Below are positions 52,313 to 60,000 of a stretch of DNA of 60,000 nt, piece after piece. The stretch covers positions 6,636,001 through 6,696,000 of the forward strand of contig CM075991.1 in assembly GCA_038087875.1 (NCBI GenBank). The letters run 5' to 3'. The notes under the pieces are model-generated. The model was not told where the DNA came from and made no database searches. It saw only the letters and a program-made list of their open reading frames with translations. How positions within the stretch are numbered: position 1 is the stretch's first letter; each line of letters begins with the position of its first letter. A program made the translations under genes and the position numbers. This DNA comes from Malacoraja senta (taxonomy: Eukaryota).

Positions 52313-53424
52313 TCAAGGTTTCTGATTTCGGGATTTAGTGGGAAAAGGAGCTGCAGCAAATGGATCGGTTCCTTGCACTTGGGAAGTCCTTGAGTGCAGA
52401 GAGGCAGGGTTTGTGGCTCCTCGTACCCCCTGCAGCATATCGGGAGTGACTGCATAGGCATTGGGTAGCTGACCCTGCCACTCCTCCTCTTTGAAGTGGC
52501 GGGAGTACTTGGATAATGCTTGAGGATGAAAGGTTTGGGGGTTCCCTGAAGGCAGCAATGACTCTTGAGATCGCAAAGTGCTGGGGGTTTGCATTTGGTG
52601 GTTATGAGAATTATTGAAACTTTTTATCGGGTCTCCTTCTCGGTTAGACTTTGCTTCCTTGGAATCTTGCTGGCCGGCGGCCACGAAAGGTGCGGCTCTG
52701 TGCTGGACTCCATGAGATGACCCAACACTCGAGTCTTGAAGACCAGGAAACATACTTTGAAGAATCTGATGAGTGTCTGCTCCAACACTTCCAAACTGGG
52801 ATTGAGTAGCTATTTTTTCTGGGGCGTCCGGGACAGGAGGGTACAGAGCCGTCTCTTCCAATGTTGCCAGTGTTTTCTTTTTTGAAAACGGTGCCCTTGT
52901 GAAGACATCCGTCTCCTCAGTTAGATTTCTAGCAGCATTTGCTTTTATTTTAAACGGAGCCTTGGTAAAAACATTCACGGCACCCTGCGCCGTTTCAGTG
53001 CCCCTCGTGTTCCTGAAGGGAGCGGCAGAGAAGACATCTGCCTCGTGGGTTGTCTCTTCACTTTTCTCTACGTGGAGCTTGGATGTCTGTGCCAGCACGT
53101 CTGCTCCAACTGAACCGTCAAGGCCTGGTTGTCCTTCTGCCGCCTCCCCCAAACGGCACACTGAACTCGAGGGCTTATTGGGATCCTCGTCATCTTCGGA
53201 ATCCAACAGTAGAGGTCGGTGGCCGCTGCTGTCCAGGAGGTCCTCAATGCAATCTTCGTCGCTGCTGTGCATTGAACCACAGCTGGAAGGACACGAACGG
53301 TTCGGCCAATTCACTCTCTCGGCATCGGGTCCCTTTGACTCACCAGACTCAGAGAAAAGAGGATCATTATTGGCAGAGGATCGGAACTGCTCCACCGAAT
53401 GGCCAGATGTGTCCATGGGGAAAT
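52313..53424 (-). CDS. AAK1: Terminal coding exon of a long AAK1 isoform (BMP2K_C-like tail, ~370 aa)
   Basis: Acceptor TTTTGTTTTATTCCAG|AT TTC CCC ATG. The open frame has GHRPLLLDSEDDE, DVFSAAPF, NVFTKAPF, DVFTRAPF and DPFAAAPFPTK, like the BMP2K C-terminus. It is assigned to AAK1 rather than BMP2K by adjacency to NFU1/GFPT1. Confidence 0.82.
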
Positions 53425-55654
53425 CTGGAATAAAACAAAAGCCAAATTAATCTCGTCCGTCAATGATGCTGCACCCCCCAAACTCCACTGGTACCATACA
53501 TTGATTTAGTGGTGGAGTGAGTTTGCATTAGACCCCGATTAAATCCTATGATGTTTAGCAAGACTCTGGACCCTGCCGCCACAATGCACATTTGACTTTC
53601 ACCCACTCCCAATATTCCTTTCAGTCCGGTGAAAGCCCGGTTTCCTTAAGGCACTTGGGACATGTGCTTCGAATGGTAGGACGTGAACAAGGCAAGTCTA
53701 CACAACTGTGTTGATGTTTCAAGGAAGTCCACTTGAAACTCAACTATTTCACCCAAATGTTCTCTCACAATCTGCATGATGAACACAGAAATGGAGACAG
53801 GCAGAAGCAATCAGAGACAGAACAAAATAGTCTGCTGTACTTTGAAAGCCAAGGTTGTCTCAGTGTTGCTCCTTTTCCATTGCAATTGATGCTCGGAACT
53901 CCCACCTCAAAGCATTTCCATAGAATCTCTCCAAAGTTATTTCCTTCAAAACTTTGCCTCCTTAATTAATTAGTCCACTTTTGCTCCGTACTCAACAGTT
54001 CTCTTCTTTTACACATCAATATTGACCAAGCCTTGCTGTAAAAGCAATGCTAGTTAAACACAAAAGGGTTTTAATGGAATATCAATCGCACTATTTTAAA
54101 TTTTCAAATATTTGAGGGCGTGCTTTGTTTTGCTTTTCAAAACGTGGCACGGAAAGGGTTCAGAAGATAAGGAGCAACGTAAAAAGATTCCAAGGTGCAG
54201 CCATATTGCAATAGCATATTGTCAGACCACCAGTTGTTTTTTCTATGGAAACATGGAGATTGTCATGCTACACGTAAACAGCCACAGTAACTAATGCACA
54301 GCAAGGGCCTCAGCAGTAACAAGGAATTAAGCATTTCAAAAGTAGGGCGTCCCATGCGTACAACATCAAAAGCTTAGTGTGCAATCTAAGTACTGCATGT
54401 AAAATCTAATAGCTGCAGGACTCTTTAGATGTATGCTCCAGAAGCTCCTGTTAATTAAAATCGGAGAGCATTGCATTTTTACACTGATTGTAGGGTAATT
54501 GAATGATGACGGAATCCCCAACAAGCATTTCAGAGTGAATTAAAGACCCGTGAAAACTGAATTGGGATTCTAGGTTAATTGAACACTGAGGGAAACCGTT
54601 GTGTAGGAAAGAACTGCAGATGCTGGTTGATACCAAAGATAGACACAAAATGCAAGAGTAACTCAGCGGGTCAGGCAGCATCTCTGGAGAAAAGGAATAG
54701 GTGATGTTTCGGGTCGGAACCCTTCTTCAGACACCATCAGTAAAACAGATTGCCTGCTGTCTGCAAAAGGCAATGGCAGATCAACTAAACAATGGAGACG
54801 ACCTAACAGCAGGGAAGACCAAAACACTGATCAATGAGGACCAAAAGCCAGCAGAATATTTTCAGAGTCTGAAGGGTCCCGACTCGAAACGTCACATATC
54901 CATGTTCTCCAGGGTTGCTGCCTAACCCGCTGAATTGCTCCGGCACTTTTTTTTGGAATAGTTTCAGAGACTGGTCTGTTTGCCAACCCTTTTCCCACAT
55001 TTATTTCATAATTTTTATTTGACAGCATTAAGTTAGTTTCGCCGATTATCCGATTCTGTAAACATGATCGCTGCAGAATTGCCATAAACTGAATTTCTAG
55101 CATTAAAATAGGATGTTGGTCAGTAGATCATACATATGGAAATAAGGAACAACCAAGAGATAATCCTACAATTAAATGCTTAACAGTTAATAAGTCGCAT
55201 ATTCTCATGGGAGTCGGGGAGAGTAATAGGATTAGTGTCATTCTGTTCTTGATGGTTAACGTTGACGGTGAGCCAAAGGCCCTGTTTTATGCAGTATGAC
55301 TCCATGACTTCCCAGCTGCGATCCGCTGCAAATACTGCTCTACCCTTCTGTCAACAAGCCATTGCCTATTGTTAAAGCACTGGGAACTAAAGGGTCAGCT
55401 GGTATTTTGTAACAAATGACAACATTTCAAGGGAAAGCGCAGGAGGGCAATGCAAGCAGCTCATAACTGAGCAATTGAACCTGTCCCATTCCTCTGCTCT
55501 TTCCTCAAGGCGCTTCCACTTTTGGTTACCAACAGCAGCTAGTTGGAAGTGGTCACAAACAATTTACGTGGAACATGGAACAGTATAGCACAGGAACAGG
55601 CCCTCCCACCCACAGTCTGTACTGAACATGATGACAGGTTACACTAATCTCCTC

Positions 55655-56044
55655 CAAAGATCCTATAGCGAGCAAGATAGTCCACTCGACGAAAAAGATG
55701 TAGTACGGTCATGGGCAGATTCATGGGTAATTTAAGGCCCAATTTCCGTAACCGGCTTCCGTCTCCGCATCAAAGATCCCATAGGATACTAGTGCGGAGA
55801 CGGAAGCCGGTTACGGAAACATCCTCGTAAAAATAAAAGTTATTTGGTAAAAATCATCTCCTCATCTTCAGAATTTTAATTTATTAACACAAACTGTTCC
55901 CCCGGAACGTTGATTACACTGCGGGTCAGGTCCGGTTACGGAAATGGATGAAAAAAAGGCCCACGTTCCGTTCTGTTGCGTACTACACGTCAGCCCATTG
56001 CATTTAGCAGGAGTGGTCTATCTTGCTCCGCTATAGGATCTTTG
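55655..56044. mobile_element. MITE (390 bp), hAT or P superfamily
   Basis: ~33-bp TIR CAAAGATCCTATAGCG(G)AGCAAGATAG.CCACTC. 8-bp TSD ATCTCCTC at 55647-55654 and 56045-56052. Confidence 0.9.
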
Positions 56045-56374
56045 ATCTCCTCTGCCTAATTAACGCCCATTAAGCGACAATTGGGAGTGAGAGTGGCTGA
56101 GTAGATTTTTTTTGTCTGAATCAGTCTGAAGAAGGGTCCAGACCTGAAAAATCACCTATCTACATTCTTCTGAGATGCTGCCTGGCCTGCTGAGTTACTC
56201 CAACACCTTTTTGTCATTTTTTTAAAAACCAGCCTCTGCAGTTCCTTGTTTCTTTTTTGCAAAGTTGGTGTATTATCAAAAGGGCTGCGAGTGGCAATCA
56301 CTGCTGTGGTGGAGACACATATATCCGCACCGTTTGCAGCTTGTTTCCCACCTCAGGCATAACCTTGTTATCTT

Positions 56375-56690
56375 TAGACTATTAGACTTTAGACATTGGA
56401 GATACAGCGCGGAAACAGGTCCTTCAGCACACCCGAGTCCACACAGACCAGTGATCACCGCGTACTCTACCATTATCCTAGGGACAATTTACAACTTTAC
56501 CAAATCCAATTAACCTACAAACCTGTGCATCTTTAGAATCTCGGACAAAACCGGAGCACCCGGAGAAAACCCACACGGTCACCGGGAGAATGTACAAATT
56601 CCGTGCAGACAGCACCCATACTCAGGATCGAACCTGGGTTGCTGGTGCGGCAAGACAGCAACTTTACTGCTGCGCCACTTTGCTGCCCCA
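56375..56690 (-). mobile_element. V-SINE (HE1-like)
   Basis: Reverse-complement head (GATCGAACC), V core and short tandem tail. Confidence 0.8.
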
Positions 56691-57421
56691 CTCGTGATAG
56701 TAGGATTTAACAAAGCTACTAGGCATATTTTATTGATATTAACCTGTCACTCTGGAGAATGTCATCCCAGGAGATAGTCAAGTCCACATGAAAAGGAAAA
56801 TGAATGCTGGCAACTGAAAGAAAATGTTTGAAATGCACAAGTCGTTCATCACCTGATATTGAACTTGGCAAGTTTTGGAGGTGGGAATGGGGTGGGGATG
56901 GGTGAGCTGATGTTAAAACTGGCTAACAAAACTGGTTGCAGACTGTGCAGCAATCCTGACATTTGAAACAGGAAATTATTCCCTTTTCTCTTCGATGCTG
57001 GCAGGTCTGCTCCGCACTTCCAGCATTTGCTATTCTCGTTGCATCCAGTTAATGCTGACATGTGGTGAAATTGCTTTAAATTTAGCTGATTCACAACATG
57101 AAATCAGTGTGCCTAATTTTACCAATTACACTTCGCACCTTTTTAGGGGAATAAAATTTGACTCATCAGTCCTGTAGCTCTTAAACTTTTCAAGCAATCT
57201 ATTACCCGGCTTATAAACCAGGTCAATTGAAAATTGCTCCCAATGGGATGCAATTTTATGCATTGATTATGTTACTGTGGAAGTGGCTATAATCTATGAA
57301 AAAATATAAATGAATGTGGTTCACAACACATGAATTGAGACAGTTCATAAAGCATGCAGATTCATGTCCACTGTGTGATGAGTGCTGAATCATCCAACAA
57401 GACATTGAAGAAGGTCTATAA

Positions 57422-57631
57422 CAAGGGTTCCCAACCTGGGGTAAATTTCACCTACCCAGGGGGTAAATTTATTGATTCTGGATTTGTACTTTTTTCATTG
57501 ACTGACTGTGTTTGGTTCTGGTATACCGTTATCTGTTCATCATTAGTTGTTCAAAAATAAGTGAAATAACATTGCTATGTGCGATTAAAGTTGCCAGGGG
57601 TAAACGGGACAAAAAAGGTTGGGAACCCCTG
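57422..57631. mobile_element. hAT (Charlie-like) MITE, 210 bp
   Basis: TIRs CAAGGGTTCCCAACCT and AGGTTGGGAACCCCTG. 8-bp TSD GTCTATAA at 57414-57421 and 57632-57639. Confidence 0.92.
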
Positions 57632-59796
57632 GTCTATAACATTATAAGCAAGCCCACTGTTCCTTAAAGTTCTTTCCGGCTTATGAATTTCATATTTCAG
57701 TAAACAGAACACTTTAAATCCCAAATAATATTGCTGGCAAGTGCAAAGTCTCAGTGAAAAAACCCTTGTAGATTTAAATTAAAATTCAAGCTTATCGACT
57801 TAATCCACATATTTGAATTTTTAAAACATAAATCTCACCAATTGCTGATTCAGTGCATCAGCTGCAGCAGATGTAAACAGCAAGGAATGTCTACGAAGTA
57901 AGCGTACATGCCACAATAATAACTAGCCTTATTGGAACTGGAATTGTCAATCTAATATGTAACAAATGGGAACAATTTTTATATATCAAGGCTCTAGAGA
58001 AACACTTAAAAATGTCTTACCTTAGCAGAAGTACCATTATGTTTTTAAATGCCATTTCTGCCAACCTCCAGTTGCATTTGCAGAAAAGTTCACAGAGTTT
58101 AGTACAGTTTAGAAACAAATTAGTTAGCTTCATTTCTCCCTTCCTGGTTTTGTGCAGGGATTTCCCCCAATATCATTTGTGCCTCAAATGCCATCAATTT
58201 TAAAACACACTTTTTCTTTTCTAAAAATAAAAATGATTCCATCTATTACATTTCTGTACGAATCCAATGTTAATAATATGTGATTTATTAGCTCTAGTTC
58301 CCCACCTGTCACCACTCCTCCTCTCCCTAGTTTACTCAGTGTCAGCCACTCTCAATCAACTCAGCAGAGATTTAATATAAAGCAGTCTCTTTTGATGCCC
58401 GGTGACGTTTAACTCAACCATCGAGAATATCCCAAGAACTGTACTACTGTGCCATTTCTTGCAGTTTCTTCCCAGCATCTTTGACTGGGATTTGTCTATC
58501 ACTAAGTTTTGTACCATGATATAAGGTCATGAGAAAAAAGGGTGAGATGCCAGATCTTTTTCTTTTAACTGCAAGCTAATGGAGGAGTATTTAACTAATC
58601 TATCAAGATTGAAAGCTGGTTCTCAGAATTGTGTCCCGTCTTCCAAATCTTTGTATGCTTACGATACCTTTAAAGGGTACTTTGACAGTGATTGCGGTTC
58701 ATTCTGTACCAAGAACCTAACTCTGCTTTGCACTTATACCAAGTAAGGGGTAAGTTACGATTGTAAATGAAACTATTTGCTGTTAACTAGATCGCGCTAA
58801 TGCACATGCACCCTTCAACTCTGCACCACTAAGTACTGGGGTTTTATCTTTCTCAACCCAAGGGACCGAACCAAAATAGTCTGGACTTTATTCTCTTTTT
58901 CATGTATCTGTACACTGTGGACAGCTCGATTGTAATCATGTATAGATCTTTCCGCTGACTAGTTAGCAGGCAATAAAAAGCTTTCCACTGTACCTCGGTA
59001 CATGTGACAGTAAACTAAACTAGTCTATCGCTTCTTACGACAGTGTCAATATTTCAAGTCTCATTATAGCCAGCTTGTCCCATAAATTGAGCATGCAAGC
59101 ACAGACATATCAGGAACTTCAGCAGCAGGGGGCATCAGCAACAAAACCAAAGGAGATTAAAACACATACAAGATTTATTTTAAGATATATGCATCAAACA
59201 TTATTTATTGGGAAAATGAATCACTTGGATACATTACACTGTGATGTATAGATACAACGTCGTCATCAGCAAGACCCCCCTTTAGACACTAGAATCTGTA
59301 CAAAAATACTCTGATTTGTAGCTTTACTCTGCTCAATAATGCTGCAAACATTCACTCTTCTGCACCATTTAATGCAAACTACTGAGAAGCATGTGTTGTG
59401 ATTGCAGAAACTAGAAGCTGGAGTATCTCTCCTTCATGGGGGTTTACACAAGCCTTGAGTTTTTACAGCAAAATTGCGTTTTGGCCAGAAGGCCACAATG
59501 AAATCTGGGAAGTTGGGAGGGGCGGGGGTGAGATCGCATGTTACACGTTGCGCCTCTGCGACTTCTGGAAATATACTTAACACAGGACGGGGATTTTGCC
59601 TGGCAGTGTCATGCCATGTGTGATAGCTTACACACTTAGGCAGCATTAAAACAGAAACAAATCCTCAGAGGGAAAAAATAACAAAATAAAGCAGGTGCAC
59701 TCTAAATGTCTGATATGGAAGCAGCGTTCCATGTGGTGAAAGGGAAATAAAACACAGTCTGTGTCACAAGTGTGTACGTTATGTGTATAGGTGTGC

Positions 59797-60000
59797 GAGA
59801 GGGAGAGGGTGAGGGTGAGTGAGAGGGTGAGCGAGCAGGAGAGCATGAGAGAGAGAGCAGGAGTGAGAGAGAGAGAGAGAGAGAACAAGAGGGCGTGAGA
59901 GAGAGAGAGAACAAGAGGGCGAGAGAGAGTGAGAGAGAGCAAGAGAGAGAGAGAGAGAGAGAGAACAAGAGGAGAGAGAGAACGAGAGAGAGAATGAGAA
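59797..60000. repeat. (GA)n-rich compound microsatellite
   Basis: GA runs with a recurring GAGAACAAGAG subunit, continuing to the window end. Confidence 0.95.

Noticed and set aside
52899..53450. Plus-strand ORFs of 183 and 127 aa
   Set aside because: Antisense shadows of the AAK1 exon.
56853..56956. AG/GT-bounded open segment as a possible AAK1 exon
   Set aside because: No recognisable similarity, a weak donor, and an end phase incompatible with the terminal exon.
58015..58070. Strong minus-strand donor AAG|GTAAGA
   Set aside because: No AAK1-like reading frame upstream of it.
59646..59968. Leu/Ser-rich ORFs
   Set aside because: Translations of the (GA)n microsatellite.

Overview
Vertebrate nuclear DNA, almost certainly a cartilaginous fish (skate/ray-like, inferred from the repeat families). 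Three minus-strand host genes lie in the same order and orientation as human 2p13. They are the GFPT1 CpG-island promoter with its 7-nt first coding exon (~14.9-15.4 kb), five 3' coding exons of NFU1 (26.5-35.6 kb), and a 1.1-kb terminal coding exon of a NAK-family kinase, AAK1 by synteny (52.3-53.4 kb). The NFU1 5' exons are not visible and probably lie in a 200-N assembly gap (37069-37268). Most of the rest is transposon-derived. It includes a full-length L1-clade LINE with a 15-bp TSD, L2, CR1 and Rex1/Babar LINE pieces, a Gmr1-like Ty3/gypsy element with integrase upstream of RT, many tRNA-derived V-SINEs and two MITEs with 8-bp TSDs. It also includes a very abundant short repeat carrying a minimal hammerhead-ribozyme motif, which occurs as TSD-flanked single arms and head-to-head palindromes. 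All calls were made by eye, and repeat boundaries are approximate unless TSDs or splice sites are quoted.
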